Below, piece after piece: positions 1-10,037 of a stretch of DNA of 64,000 bases. The stretch is from positions 3,841 to 67,840 of the forward strand of contig JAUSPT010000024.1 of the NCBI GenBank assembly GCA_030652805.1. The letters are read 5' to 3'. Each line of letters opens with the position of its first letter. Positions within the stretch are counted from its first letter, which is position 1. The stretch comes from a bacterium (lineage in GTDB: Bacteria > JAHJDO01). The notes under the pieces were generated by a model that was not told where the DNA came from, did no database searches, and saw only the letters and a program-made list of their open reading frames with translations. The position numbers and the translations under genes are program-made.

Positions 1-294
1 GCACATAGCGCAGGTTTATTTAATGGGAAGTGGCATCATCTTGTTGGAACATGGGACGGTGGAACAACAGGGGCTAGTATGAAACTATATAAGGATGGCG
101 TTCAGATTAATGGCGTAGATGCGAGCAAGGGAACATTTGTTGCTGTGAGGGATTTAGATGCGAGTGTGATTATTGGAAGGATGTCTGCAAGTTATCCTCA
201 ATGGGACTTTGACGGCACAATCGACGAAGTCAGGATTTACAATAAGGCGTTGACAGCAACAGAAGTAAGGAGAATCTTTATAAAAGGAAGATAG
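1..294 (+). CDS. LamG (concanavalin A-like lectin/glucanase) domain protein, C-terminal fragment; 5' end lies outside the window.
   Basis: Frame 1 is open from position 1 (AHSAGLFNGKWHHLVGTWDGG...KLYKDGVQINGV...IDEVRIYNKALTATEV) to the stop at 292-294. The conserved Laminin_G_3-type C-terminal strand motifs (GxW.H.., DEVRIYNRALT) are seen in the translation. Confidence 0.6.
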   Translation, partial: AHSAGLFNGKWHHLVGTWDGGTTGASMKLYKDGVQINGVDASKGTFVAVRDLDASVIIGRMSASYPQWDFDGTIDEVRIYNKALTATEVRRIFIKGR

Positions 295-370
295 TTCCGT
301 ATTTTACAGCTTCCGTTTAGTCTGCCGTAAAATACCAAAATAAGATAGTGTTAAAAATCAGGAGAAAAAA

Positions 371-3300
371 ATGATGAAGAGAATAAGGATGTTAGCGTGT
401 ATTATCTGCGGATTTGGTCTATTGTTGGTAAGTCCTGTCTGGGGTACGGATATTAATAAAGATGCTGTAGGAATATGGAAGATAGATAAAGGTGAAGGAA
501 CAACCTTAAAGGATAGCTCAGGAAACGGTAACAATGGAACTATTAAAGGAGCAACATGGGTGAAGGAAGGTTCTGGGTGGGCATTAAGTTTTGATGGCAG
601 GGACGACTCTGTGGAAGTTCAGGACGCTCCCTCCTTAAGGCTTCAGCCTCCTTATACCATGGGTGTATGGTTTAAGACTACCAGCTCGAATGATGGGATG
701 TTTCTTATTGGTAAATCCAGGGGGTATGCCTATTGTCTTTTCATCACCCGCCAATCCAAATACTTGAGTAATAATATGCGGGCAACGGATGATAAGGTTT
801 ATAATATTGCGCATGTTTTAAAAGAAGAGAATGAAACCTTTGCTGATGATATATGGCATTTTGTAATAGGAACGGTAGAAAAAGGTAAGATAAAATTGTT
901 TATTGACGGAGAGTTAAAGGGGGAGAGAGAGTATCCGGAAGAGCTGAGTGTCCTGCACAGCGAGAACACGGCTCTCTCTCTGGTTATGGGGAGATGGGCT
1001 AAGGCGTATTATCAGGGAATGATTGGAGAGGCATTCATTCTCAAAAGAGCCATGACTAAAGAGGAAATCAAAATTCTCTTTGAGGAAGAAAAGAAAAAAT
1101 ATAGGGGAATATCCCTCAGGAAGACGTCGGACAAGCCGGTTATAGACGGCAAACTTACTGATACCTGCTGGCAGAACCAAAGACCATTAACCAATTTTTA
1201 TTTAAATAATATTGGTATCGAATTAGCCAAAAAACAGACGACTGCATATCTGACCTACGATGATAAGAATATATACGTGGGATACAGGTGTCAGGAGCCG
1301 CAAATGGCAGGAATAAAAGCACATATAGCTGATCATGATGGTCCTGTCTCGAGGGATGACTGCGTAGAATTTTTTGTCTCTCCAAAAGGAGAAGATGATT
1401 ATGTTTACTACCAGTTTATCCTGAACACCAATAATGCTTTATTTGACCAGAAGATAGCATGGAATGTCGAACACTGGGATAATCCTTTCTATGAATTTGA
1501 TTCTTCATGGAACTGCAAAGGTCTCAAAAGCGCCATTTATAGCGGGCAAGATTACTGGTCAGCAGAGATAGCCATACCTTTTTCTGAGCTTGGAGGGATT
1601 CCTAAACCAGGTGATAAGTGGCGCTTAAATCTTGCCAGAGAAGAGACCCAGTCAGGTGAATTAAGTACATTCTCCTCATTAGTAGGAGGTTTTCATCAAC
1701 CCAAACATTTCTCCAGAATAGATTTTGAAGATAATATAGCTATTCTAACCAGAGCCAAGAAGCAGTTTTTTGATACCTTGACAGTAAAAAGAGAACGGCC
1801 GCTCTATAAAGAATTGCTTACTGATAAACCGGGTAGTTATATAGTTCATAACTGGCAGCATTGGGGTAGTGAGAGCGCTATGAAGAAGTATAAATTAACC
1901 ATGGATGAATGGATAAAGATGAGGTTTGAGCGAATGGAGGAAGAAGCTAAGATTGGGATGATGGGAACGTGTTTACCCTGGTCACTCCGAGGTAGAACTC
2001 CTTGTGATACTCATAAAACACGCTTGGAACTTCACCAGAAATATGGCGCAATGGTAAATGCTCAATTTGCTAGTCAGGATGGCTGGTGTCTCCGGCAAAA
2101 AGCATTAAAAGAGGGAGCGGTCTTACAAAATCAAGGAGAGCCATATCATGTCCATGAGTCATGTTCTATTCTCGACCCGGTCTATGTAAAATTACTAAAG
2201 AAAAGCCTGACTGACTATGCCTATAAATACAAAGACCTGCCTTATCTCTATGCCTGGGAAGGAGAGGATGAACCTACCTTCCCTCTATATCGAGGCGATA
2301 TCAATACTGCTCCTGACTTGATAAAGAAGTGGAATAAGGAAGTAAAAAATAATTATGGATTTGGTAAGTATGAAATGCCAAAGTGGAAAAAGAGCCGATG
2401 GGCAAGACCTATGGCTGGAGAGGTTTTTAGTTATATTGCCTATAATAGATGGGCAGCTCAGAAGTATCTAGAACGGAATAAAGAACTCTATCAAATAGCA
2501 AAAAGGATTACTCCTAATATTAAGTTTTGCGCCGGGAACTTGGGTACTATCCACGGTATTGACACCTTTGACCATATCGGAATAGCGGAATATAGCGATA
2601 TTATGATGAACGACCCTTATGCTTCCGCTGAAGCAGGAGGTAGAGGAAGAGGGACGTTCAATCATGGTTTTGCCACTAAGCTTACGTATGATTTATCAAA
2701 TGGAAAAGACGTTTGGACAATCATTCAAGCATTTACTCATTACGGATTTAAGGCTACTCCGGATAGATTGAGGGAATGGGTTTCTCAATCTCTAAAGAAT
2801 GGCGCAAAAGTAATTGACTACCTAGAAGACGATGATTGTCTCAGCAATAAGCCTCTCTATCAGGAGATGTTGAGATTAGCTGGTATTATCACAAAAATGA
2901 ACAAAATAAGAATTCCTAAAGATTCTGATACGGCTATTCTTTATCCTTATTATTCCTCTTTTGCTGATGGCCGCTTTACAAATGCTGACGAGGTATATAC
3001 AGCCTATTCTCTTCTGGGGGAAAGGATTGGCTCGTGGTTCACATTCATAAGCGATTTCCAGATAGAAAAAGGACAAAAGAAGCTTTCTGATTACAAAGTG
3101 ATTTACATTCCCAGAGGAGATTATTTAACCGAGGAGATAGCAAAGAAAATAGAAGATTACGTTAGGAACGGCGGTATTGTAGTAGCTGGTGACCCAGGAA
3201 TATTCAACTGGAATATCAATGGAGAAAGTTTAGCCAACTACCGGGAGAGAATATTTGGTGTTAAGGTGAGAAATAAAATACAATCAAAGGAAATGATTGT

Positions 3301-3610
3301 AAATGGAAAGAAGTTACCTGTTTATATGGATAACGATGCAAGCAGTAGTAACTTTTACCGGAGCTATCCAGTTTATAAAATAGAAGTAGTTGGCTCTAAG
3401 GCAAAAGTAACAGGCTATTTGGAAAATGGGATACCGGGGGTAGTTGAGAATAAGTATGGTAAAGGCAGGGTAATATACTTTGCGGTAAATCCTTTTATTC
3501 CTCGGGCTGTCTTTGAACCCGCCTGGAGTGATTTTTTCAGGGAGATTCAAACTACAGCCGGATGCAAGATAGATCAGGATATATGGAATTTTGAACTGCA
3601 TGGAAACTAA
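371..3610 (+). CDS. Secreted multidomain glycoside-hydrolase-like protein: signal peptide, LamG domain, CBM9/DOMON-like domain, and a C-terminal GH42-type trimerisation (ThuA-like) domain.
   Basis: N-terminal signal peptide MMKRIRMLACIICGFGLLLVSPVWG. LamG-like block with the same DE..IYNRALT-type motif (GEAFILKRAMTKEEI). CBM9-like block (DGKLTDTCW...YLTYDDKNIYVGYRC...DDCVEFFVSP). C-terminal KVIYIPRGDYL...NGGIVVAGDPG is typical of the beta-galactosidase trimerisation domain. 1079-aa ORF with no internal stops. Confidence 0.55.
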   Translation: MMKRIRMLACIICGFGLLLVSPVWGTDINKDAVGIWKIDKGEGTTLKDSSGNGNNGTIKGATWVKEGSGWALSFDGRDDSVEVQDAPSLRLQPPYTMGVWFKTTSSNDGMFLIGKSRGYAYCLFITRQSKYLSNNMRATDDKVYNIAHVLKEENETFADDIWHFVIGTVEKGKIKLFIDGELKGEREYPEELSVLHSENTALSLVMGRWAKAYYQGMIGEAFILKRAMTKEEIKILFEEEKKKYRGISLRKTSDKPVIDGKLTDTCWQNQRPLTNFYLNNIGIELAKKQTTAYLTYDDKNIYVGYRCQEPQMAGIKAHIADHDGPVSRDDCVEFFVSPKGEDDYVYYQFILNTNNALFDQKIAWNVEHWDNPFYEFDSSWNCKGLKSAIYSGQDYWSAEIAIPFSELGGIPKPGDKWRLNLAREETQSGELSTFSSLVGGFHQPKHFSRIDFEDNIAILTRAKKQFFDTLTVKRERPLYKELLTDKPGSYIVHNWQHWGSESAMKKYKLTMDEWIKMRFERMEEEAKIGMMGTCLPWSLRGRTPCDTHKTRLELHQKYGAMVNAQFASQDGWCLRQKALKEGAVLQNQGEPYHVHESCSILDPVYVKLLKKSLTDYAYKYKDLPYLYAWEGEDEPTFPLYRGDINTAPDLIKKWNKEVKNNYGFGKYEMPKWKKSRWARPMAGEVFSYIAYNRWAAQKYLERNKELYQIAKRITPNIKFCAGNLGTIHGIDTFDHIGIAEYSDIMMNDPYASAEAGGRGRGTFNHGFATKLTYDLSNGKDVWTIIQAFTHYGFKATPDRLREWVSQSLKNGAKVIDYLEDDDCLSNKPLYQEMLRLAGIITKMNKIRIPKDSDTAILYPYYSSFADGRFTNADEVYTAYSLLGERIGSWFTFISDFQIEKGQKKLSDYKVIYIPRGDYLTEEIAKKIEDYVRNGGIVVAGDPGIFNWNINGESLANYRERIFGVKVRNKIQSKEMIVNGKKLPVYMDNDASSSNFYRSYPVYKIEVVGSKAKVTGYLENGIPGVVENKYGKGRVIYFAVNPFIPRAVFEPAWSDFFREIQTTAGCKIDQDIWNFELHGN

Positions 3611-3658
3611 AAATACTGTGAATTTTTACATTACCAACAAATCAGCGGGAGCATAAGA

Positions 3659-4750
3659 ATGACAAACAAAATCAATGCTGGGTTTATAGGGGTTGGGGCT
3701 TTTACAGATAGAATGCATCTTCCTCACACACTCGCTAATCCAAAATACAGGATTCACACTTTATGCGATTTAAATAAAGATTTATTAAAAGAGAGAGAAA
3801 AACAGTATAAACCAATAAAAACAACAACTGATTACCATGATATTTTAAAAGACCCGGAAATCGACATGGTTTTTATTGGCTCACGCCACGATAAACACGC
3901 TTTTTTTATAGAGGAATGCGCTAAAGTGGGTAAAAACGTAATGGTTGAGAAACCAATGGCTACAACAAATGAAGAATCGAGAAAAATAATTGATTGTGTG
4001 GATAAATCAAACATAAGACTTATGGTTGGTTATAATAGACGGTTTTCTCAGGCAATGATTGATGCAAAAAAAATATTCCAGGAAAATAAATCAACCGCAA
4101 CCAATGTATATTACCGCATGGCTGATGAAAATAAAGATATGGATTATTATGGCTTTGACGTGGATAAATTCGGAGGACATCTGGTTACAGAAGTTTGCCA
4201 CATATTTGACCTTTTATCGTGGTTTCTTGAAGAAGAGCCAAGGGAGATATATGCTGCAGGAGATCTAAAATCAAACCAAAATGTCACCATTACATTCATT
4301 AAAGGTTCTGTTGCTACTATCATAAACAGTACCAGAGGAACCCTGAACTATCCAAAAGAATACATGGAGGTTTTTTCAGGATACACAACTCTTGCAATTG
4401 ATTGGTTTTCGGAGATCCGTTTTTCAAAAGACGGAGAATATAGGCGAATTAATTATCCAATGAAGCGGGACGAAATCCCTGAGATTGTTTGCGAAAGTCC
4501 TAATATGACAAGTGAAGATATTTATAGGAAATATGAATTTATTGCTAAAAATAATCTATATTGGAAGAGAAAATTTCAGCCGGATAAAGGACACTATGCT
4601 GAACTCGATGTTTATGCTGATGCCCTGTTGAATGATAAACCGTCACCTGTTGATGAAAGAGATGGCGCAAGAGCAACTGCAATGGCGCAAGCTGCAAATG
4701 AATCAATCAAAAAGAAAGCCGTCCAGTCAATTGAGACTTTTTGGATTTAA
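3659..4750 (+). CDS. Gfo/Idh/MocA family NAD(P)-dependent oxidoreductase
   Basis: N-terminal Rossmann fold (AGFIGVGAFTDRMHLPH), then EKPMATT and GYNRRF motifs typical of the Gfo/Idh/MocA N-terminal domain. 363 aa. Confidence 0.75.
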   Translation: MTNKINAGFIGVGAFTDRMHLPHTLANPKYRIHTLCDLNKDLLKEREKQYKPIKTTTDYHDILKDPEIDMVFIGSRHDKHAFFIEECAKVGKNVMVEKPMATTNEESRKIIDCVDKSNIRLMVGYNRRFSQAMIDAKKIFQENKSTATNVYYRMADENKDMDYYGFDVDKFGGHLVTEVCHIFDLLSWFLEEEPREIYAAGDLKSNQNVTITFIKGSVATIINSTRGTLNYPKEYMEVFSGYTTLAIDWFSEIRFSKDGEYRRINYPMKRDEIPEIVCESPNMTSEDIYRKYEFIAKNNLYWKRKFQPDKGHYAELDVYADALLNDKPSPVDERDGARATAMAQAANESIKKKAVQSIETFWI

Positions 4751-4847
4751 AAAAAAGAATTCATATCAGTCACTCCCACTACTAAAAAAATTAGAACTTT
4801 GTGTTGAAATTAGGTATAATGCGGAAAACAGAGAGTAATATTTCGCA

Positions 4848-5040
4848 TGAAAGCCTTAAACTTCTTTGATTCCAATGGAATTTTGGGACAGCCTGTGTTT
4901 TCAAGTTCTACGGGCAAATTCGAATCTTATCTCAGTTCTGAGAAACTTATAAAAGAAATGGATCATTTTGGAATTGATTGTACTCTTGTATCTCACTGAG
5001 ATGCAGTCAATGATCATCCATCTGCAGAGAAAATTTTATC
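4848..5040 (+). pseudogene. Degenerate duplicate of the first ~190 nt of the downstream amidohydrolase gene (copy B at 6391-6585). It carries a 1-nt deletion after codon 4 and a TGG>TGA change.
   Basis: Direct nucleotide comparison: atgaaagccttaacttctttgattccaatggaattttgggacagcctgtg...tctcactgagatgcagtcaatgatcatccatct against atgaaacccttaaacttttttgattccaacggaattttgggacagcctgta...tctcactgggatgcagtcaatgatcatccatct. About 93% identity over ~190 nt, diverging after ...gatcatccatct. Confidence 0.8.
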
Positions 5041-5084
5041 GGATTCGCAATGATGGATTCTGTGAAGTAAAATTTTACAAAAGT

Positions 5085-5123
5085 AAGACAAATTTGCGTT
5101 GGTAATGCAAATTTGTCTTGACA
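5085..5123 (+). promoter_or_regulatory. Perfect 13-bp inverted repeat (AAGACAAATTTGC-N9-GCAAATTTGTCTT) overlapping a TTGACA -35-like hexamer immediately upstream of the AAA+ ATPase gene; operator-like.
   Basis: Read directly in the sequence at 5085-5097 and 5107-5119. TTGACA is at 5118-5123, about 30 nt upstream of the ATG at 5153. Confidence 0.5.
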
Positions 5124-5152
5124 TAGCCTAACATTAATGATACAAGTAGATT

Positions 5153-6382
5153 ATGACAGTACATGAAAATAAATATGTTCATAGAGAGCTTGAGAGCGTT
5201 TTAAAAAAAGTTGTCGAACATTTTCCTGCTGTAGCACTAACCGGCCCACGGCAATCTGGTAAATCTACTCTGCTTAAAAATATTTTTGGAGGAACTTATA
5301 CTATTATTTCCTTTGATGATCCAATCACAAGGGAAAGAGCAATTTCTGATCCCAAATCACTTATAAAGAGCGCTGGAGAAAAAATAATCTTTGATGAAAT
5401 TCAGCATGTTCCTCAGATTCTTTCATACATCAAAATACTCATTGATAATGATCGTCATAAGTATGGAAGGTTTATCATTACAGGCTCGCAGAAGTTCAGT
5501 CTTATCAGGAACTTAGGAGATACTTTGGCAGGCAGAATCGCCTTGCTTGACCTGCTACCATTTAGTATAGAAGAGAAAAAATGTGTATCTTTCTTGAAGA
5601 ATGAATTATCTGATGCACAAGGTAATTTTGAACACTGTTGTCTTCGAGGTTCGTTTCCTGAGATTACTATTCATTCGGAGATGGATTCTGATATATGGTA
5701 TGGCAGCTATCTTCAAACTTATTTAGAAAGAGATATTCGTACAATTTATAATATTGGTCTTTTGAGGGAATTTCAGCAGTTTCTGCGTTTATTGGCAGGC
5801 CGTTGCGCTCAAATATTAAATTTGAATAACTTTGCCAATGATTTAGGAGTGAGTGTTAATACGATCAAAAAATGGATTTCTGTACTGGAAGCGAGTCAGA
5901 TTATATACATTTTATCACCTTATTATCGAAATTTGGGGAAAAGGATTACAAAGAACCCAAAGGTTTATTTTCTAGATGTCGGATTAGTTTGTTATTTAAC
6001 AGGACTAAAGACTAAAGAACACTTGTTCAACGGTCCTTTGGCAGGGGCATTATTTGAGAATTTTGTTATTCAGGAAACAGTTAAATATTTCTCTGGTAAA
6101 GGAATAAGACCAAATCTTTTTTATTTGCGAACTCATAACGGTATGGAGGTGGATTTGATTATAGAGAAAGATATGCAGCTGTTTCCATTTGAAATCAAGC
6201 TAACCAAGACTCCAAGTATGGGTATTGCGGCACCTATTGAGAGGTTTAAAAAGATATTTTCAAAGCTAAATGTCAGCTCTGGCAAAATTGTTTCCTTGAC
6301 GGACGAGGATATGCCTTTAACAGAAAGTGTTTCAGCTCTGACTGTAAATTCTTATCTAAAGTGCCTGGATAGTTTTATTTGA
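5153..6382 (+). CDS. AAA+ ATPase of the AAA_14/DUF4143 family (ATP-binding protein), lying between the two copies of a 190-bp direct repeat
   Basis: Walker A LTGPRQSGKSTLL, Walker B IIFDEIQ, and a C-terminal region with the DUF4143 architecture (..NPKVYFLDVGL..). 409 aa. Confidence 0.7.
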   Translation: MTVHENKYVHRELESVLKKVVEHFPAVALTGPRQSGKSTLLKNIFGGTYTIISFDDPITRERAISDPKSLIKSAGEKIIFDEIQHVPQILSYIKILIDNDRHKYGRFIITGSQKFSLIRNLGDTLAGRIALLDLLPFSIEEKKCVSFLKNELSDAQGNFEHCCLRGSFPEITIHSEMDSDIWYGSYLQTYLERDIRTIYNIGLLREFQQFLRLLAGRCAQILNLNNFANDLGVSVNTIKKWISVLEASQIIYILSPYYRNLGKRITKNPKVYFLDVGLVCYLTGLKTKEHLFNGPLAGALFENFVIQETVKYFSGKGIRPNLFYLRTHNGMEVDLIIEKDMQLFPFEIKLTKTPSMGIAAPIERFKKIFSKLNVSSGKIVSLTDEDMPLTESVSALTVNSYLKCLDSFI

Positions 6383-7959
6383 AAGAAACAATGAAACCCT
6401 TAAACTTTTTTGATTCCAACGGAATTTTGGGACAGCCTGTATTTTCAAGTTCTACAGGCAAATTCGAATCTTATCTCGGTTCTGAGAAACTTATAAAAGA
6501 AATGGATCATTTCGGTATTGATTGTACTCTTGTATCTCACTGGGATGCAGTCAATGATCATCCATCTAGCGGCAATGCAAAATTGATAGAGGAGATTAAA
6601 GGGCATAATAGATTGTTTCCATGCTGGTTTGTTATCCCTCATCACACAGGAGAAATGCCTGAACCGAAGAAACTCATTAAAGAAATGATCTCCAAAAATG
6701 TCAGAGCAGTGAGATTATTCCCTATATTTCATAATTTCAGTATGGAAGAATGGTCAATAGGTCCTCTGCTGAAAGAACTGGAAAAGAACAATATCCTTGC
6801 TATTGTTCACTGTCCTACGGATAAGTTATATGACATCTGCAAAAAGCATAAAGAGCTTAATATTGTGGGATTAGCTCCATTAAGAGAACTTTATCCTCTT
6901 CTTGAAAAATTCGACAATTTATACGCTTCTCTGGAATACTATCCTGATAACAATCTGGTAGAGGACATATGCAGGCGTTTTGGAGCACACAGACTTGTAT
7001 TTGGAACAAGGCAGAAGGATCCATATGACACTCATTCTAATGTTTCAGCTAACTGGGTATCCGGTCCAACAAAGGCTATGGTTGAGTATGCCAATATTAC
7101 TGATGAAGAAAAACAAATGATAGCAAGCGGTAATTTGAAAAAATTATTAAAAATATCTTCCTGCCCGTTAATTAAACATAAGCCGCTTCCGAAACTTCCC
7201 TGCCCCATCATTGATTCTCATTTTCATCTGGGTGATATTGCATATAAGTACAAATCGGGGACTGATGTAGGCTCAATAATTAAAACTATGGATATTATAG
7301 GAGTAAATAAACTATGCATAAATTCCACAAGTGCGGTTAATGGTGCAACTCACTATGATGGAAATAATTATATCGGGTCTATATGCAAAAAATATCCTGA
7401 GAGATTTATTGGGTTTGCCGTAATTAACCCTAATTTCAATGATACTGAGGATGAAATCAAGAGATGCATTGAAACATTGGGATTAAAAGGAATAAAAATT
7501 CATCCGAGGATTCATCAGTGTAAGCTTTCTGATAAAAAATATAAACCTGTTTGGGAAGCTTCTGAAAAATACGGAATCCCTATACTTTCGCATACTGGAG
7601 AAGGTCAATTCGGAAGCAGTCCTGAAGCATTTGAACACATATCCGGGAAGTATCCAAAAGGAATATTTTTACTCGGTCATTCTGGAGATAATCTGGAGGG
7701 GCTGAATATTTGTATCGAAATTGCCAAAAAAAGGGATAATGTCTATCTTGGGACATCTGATATTGTGTTTGCATATAACGGAATATTAGAATATACAGTT
7801 AAACAAATTGGTGCAGATAAAATCTTGTTTGAATCCGATGCCTGTTATCTGGATTTCAAGTACTCGCTGGGTATTATTCTCTATGCGAAGATAAGTGACG
7901 AGGATAAGGCAAAGATATTAGGTCTTAATATGGCAGGAATATTAAAATTGAAACATTAA
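6379..7959 (+). CDS. Tandem amidohydrolase-2 (TIM-barrel metal-dependent hydrolase) domain protein; probable true start is the ATG at 6391 (MKPLNFF)
   Basis: Second half opens with the canonical Amidohydro_2 motif IIDSHFHLGD and contains downstream HTGEG and ESDA motifs. The first half is a more degenerate copy of the same fold. 526 aa. Confidence 0.6.
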   Translation: MKETMKPLNFFDSNGILGQPVFSSSTGKFESYLGSEKLIKEMDHFGIDCTLVSHWDAVNDHPSSGNAKLIEEIKGHNRLFPCWFVIPHHTGEMPEPKKLIKEMISKNVRAVRLFPIFHNFSMEEWSIGPLLKELEKNNILAIVHCPTDKLYDICKKHKELNIVGLAPLRELYPLLEKFDNLYASLEYYPDNNLVEDICRRFGAHRLVFGTRQKDPYDTHSNVSANWVSGPTKAMVEYANITDEEKQMIASGNLKKLLKISSCPLIKHKPLPKLPCPIIDSHFHLGDIAYKYKSGTDVGSIIKTMDIIGVNKLCINSTSAVNGATHYDGNNYIGSICKKYPERFIGFAVINPNFNDTEDEIKRCIETLGLKGIKIHPRIHQCKLSDKKYKPVWEASEKYGIPILSHTGEGQFGSSPEAFEHISGKYPKGIFLLGHSGDNLEGLNICIEIAKKRDNVYLGTSDIVFAYNGILEYTVKQIGADKILFESDACYLDFKYSLGIILYAKISDEDKAKILGLNMAGILKLKH

Positions 7960-7971
7960 AGGGAGTAAGGT

Positions 7972-8736
7972 ATGCGATTAAAAGATAAAGTTGCTGTTAT
8001 CACTGGGGCTGGTGCTGGAATGGGAAGAGCTGTAGCTCTCCGCTTTAGTAAAGAAGGGGCAAAAGTTGTTGTAGTTGATATCAACGAGAAAAATGGGAAA
8101 GACACAGTAGTCTCTATTACAAAAGCTGGAAATGATGCGATTTTTATCAAAGCTGATGTTTCCAAAACAAAAGAAGTAAAAAATATGTTCAAGGTAACTA
8201 TTGAAAAATATGGAGCATTGCACATTCTCTATAACAATGCTGGAATCTTCCTCAGGGGAATTGATAACTGTGTAACTGAGGTTTCAGAAGAAACATGGGA
8301 TAGATTTATGGATGTTAACTTGAAAAGCGTATTTCTTTGCTCTAAGTATGGCATTCCAAAAATAATAAAAAGCGGAGGAGGTTCTGTAATTAATGTTTCT
8401 TCAAGCGCTGGTATAATTGCATCTAAAAACGTTGACAGTTATACTGCGACTAAGGGAGCAATTATTTCTCTAACACGGTCTATGGCTGCTGAATACGCTC
8501 CGCAGAAAGTTTGCGTAAATTGCATTATTCCGTGTGGGATTGATACTCCAATGCTCGATGAAAGCAGAAAAAAACCAGACTGGGACGAAAAAAAGCACTT
8601 ATCTAAAATTCCAGCAAGAAGATTTGGAAAACCGGAAGAGGTTGCTAATATGGCGTTATTCCTGGCATCAGACGAAGCATCCTATGTTGTAGGAGCCGTT
8701 TTCGTAATTGATGGAGGAATAACATCTTCCCTTTAA
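7972..8736 (+). CDS. Short-chain dehydrogenase/reductase (SDR) family oxidoreductase
   Basis: TGAGAGMGRAV NAD(P)-binding motif, NNAG, and the catalytic S...Y..AxK arrangement (SSSAG ... YTATKGA). 254 aa. Confidence 0.85.
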   Translation: MRLKDKVAVITGAGAGMGRAVALRFSKEGAKVVVVDINEKNGKDTVVSITKAGNDAIFIKADVSKTKEVKNMFKVTIEKYGALHILYNNAGIFLRGIDNCVTEVSEETWDRFMDVNLKSVFLCSKYGIPKIIKSGGGSVINVSSSAGIIASKNVDSYTATKGAIISLTRSMAAEYAPQKVCVNCIIPCGIDTPMLDESRKKPDWDEKKHLSKIPARRFGKPEEVANMALFLASDEASYVVGAVFVIDGGITSSL

Positions 8737-8916
8737 TCAATTCTCTTTTGGCACGTAATCCACTGTTTCATCAATCAACATAACAGGGATACCTTCTCTT
8801 ATTGGATAGTATTTCTTGCAGGCGTCGCATACAAGCTTATCCTCGCCTTCAAGCCTTATATCCCCTTTGCATTTTGGACACGCCAGGATATCCAGAAGTT
8901 CCTTGTCTATTGCCAT
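8737..8916 (-). CDS. Trm112/UPF0434 family small protein (59 aa); below the 60-aa cutoff of the ORF track
   Basis: Minus-strand translation done by hand: MAIDKELLDILACPKCKGDIRLEGEDKLVCDACKKYYPIREGIPVMLIDETVDYVPKEN*. The LLxILxCPxCKG...L.C..C...YPI.DGIP.ML signature of the Trm112 family is present. ATG at 8914-8916, TGA at 8737-8739. Confidence 0.8.
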   Translation of the reverse strand: MAIDKELLDILACPKCKGDIRLEGEDKLVCDACKKYYPIREGIPVMLIDETVDYVPKEN

Positions 8917-8937
8917 AGTATTTTCTCCTTTTATCTG

Positions 8938-10035
8938 TTAAACAAATTCTTTTTTGTAGACTTCTAATGTTTTTTTTGCAGTATCTTGCCAGTTGAATTT
9001 CTCTATTTGCTTTATGCCCATCTTTATCATATCCTCTCTCAATTTGCTATCAGAAATAATTTTTTCTATTGCTTCAGCCAGAGAATCTGCATCCTTAGGC
9101 TCTACAGTTATGCCTGCATTACCAACAACTTCAGGCATTGAGGATACATTGGATGTCACAACAGGCACTCTGCTTGCCATCGCTTCTACAAGCGGCAAAC
9201 CAAACCCCTCATAAAGAGAGGGAAAAACAAATACATCACATATCTGGTAAAGAGATGGTAAATCCTCAAAATCTATGTTCTGGAGGAAAACTATGTCTTT
9301 ATCCACATTAAACTGTTCTGCATAAATTTTCAGTTCTCCAATTCTCTCCTTTTTCCCTCCAACCAAAAGAAGTTTTTGCTCTATACCTTTTTTTCTGAGT
9401 TTTGAATATGCTTCAATAAGCGCTTCAATATTTTTATGTTTCTTCATATTGCTTATATTAAGTATGTATTTTGCGTGTAGATTTAATTTGTCTCTCAACT
9501 TTTCACATTCTTCTTGAGACGCATCTCTCTTAAAGATTTCAGAGACTCCATTATGAATTACAACAACCTTATCTTCTTTCACACCTAAATAATTCACTAT
9601 ATCAATTTTTGTATTTTCAGATACAGCTATTATCTTTTTTGCTCTTATTGCCATCAGCTTAAACAATGACCTGGCATAGAAATATGCAGGTCTGGATTTG
9701 AGAAACTGAGGGAAAATAAGATGTATTAGATCATGAACAGTAACTATCATTTCTCCCTCATATATAACAGGGATATTGTAATGCGGGCAATGCAGAAATT
9801 CTACATTCCAGAGCTTTAAAGGCTCAATAACTTGTTCACTTATACTATAAATTGGCGAATAAAACTCCTTTATGAAAACATTAGGCTTTTGAGTATATTT
9901 AGAAAGCGCTTCCTTTTTGCCTAACAAAATATAGGCGTTGGACTTATCAATATCAAAGATATTTGTAAGCAGATTTTTTGTATAAGTACCAATACCCGAA
10001 TGCAAAATCATTCTGGCATCTATTGCAATACGCAA
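8938..10035 (-). CDS. Glycosyltransferase family 4 (GT4, GT-B fold)
   Basis: C-terminal EGFGLPLVEAMASRVPVV motif of retaining GT4 enzymes. 365 aa. Confidence 0.85.
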   Translation of the reverse strand: MRIAIDARMILHSGIGTYTKNLLTNIFDIDKSNAYILLGKKEALSKYTQKPNVFIKEFYSPIYSISEQVIEPLKLWNVEFLHCPHYNIPVIYEGEMIVTVHDLIHLIFPQFLKSRPAYFYARSLFKLMAIRAKKIIAVSENTKIDIVNYLGVKEDKVVVIHNGVSEIFKRDASQEECEKLRDKLNLHAKYILNISNMKKHKNIEALIEAYSKLRKKGIEQKLLLVGGKKERIGELKIYAEQFNVDKDIVFLQNIDFEDLPSLYQICDVFVFPSLYEGFGLPLVEAMASRVPVVTSNVSSMPEVVGNAGITVEPKDADSLAEAIEKIISDSKLREDMIKMGIKQIEKFNWQDTAKKTLEVYKKEFV

Positions 10036-10037
10036 GA

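Noticed and set aside
4806-4826. TTGAAA … TATAAT pair upstream of the degenerate amidohydrolase copy
   Set aside because: The spacing between the hexamers is only ~5 nt, so it is not a functional sigma-70 promoter geometry. It may be a relic.
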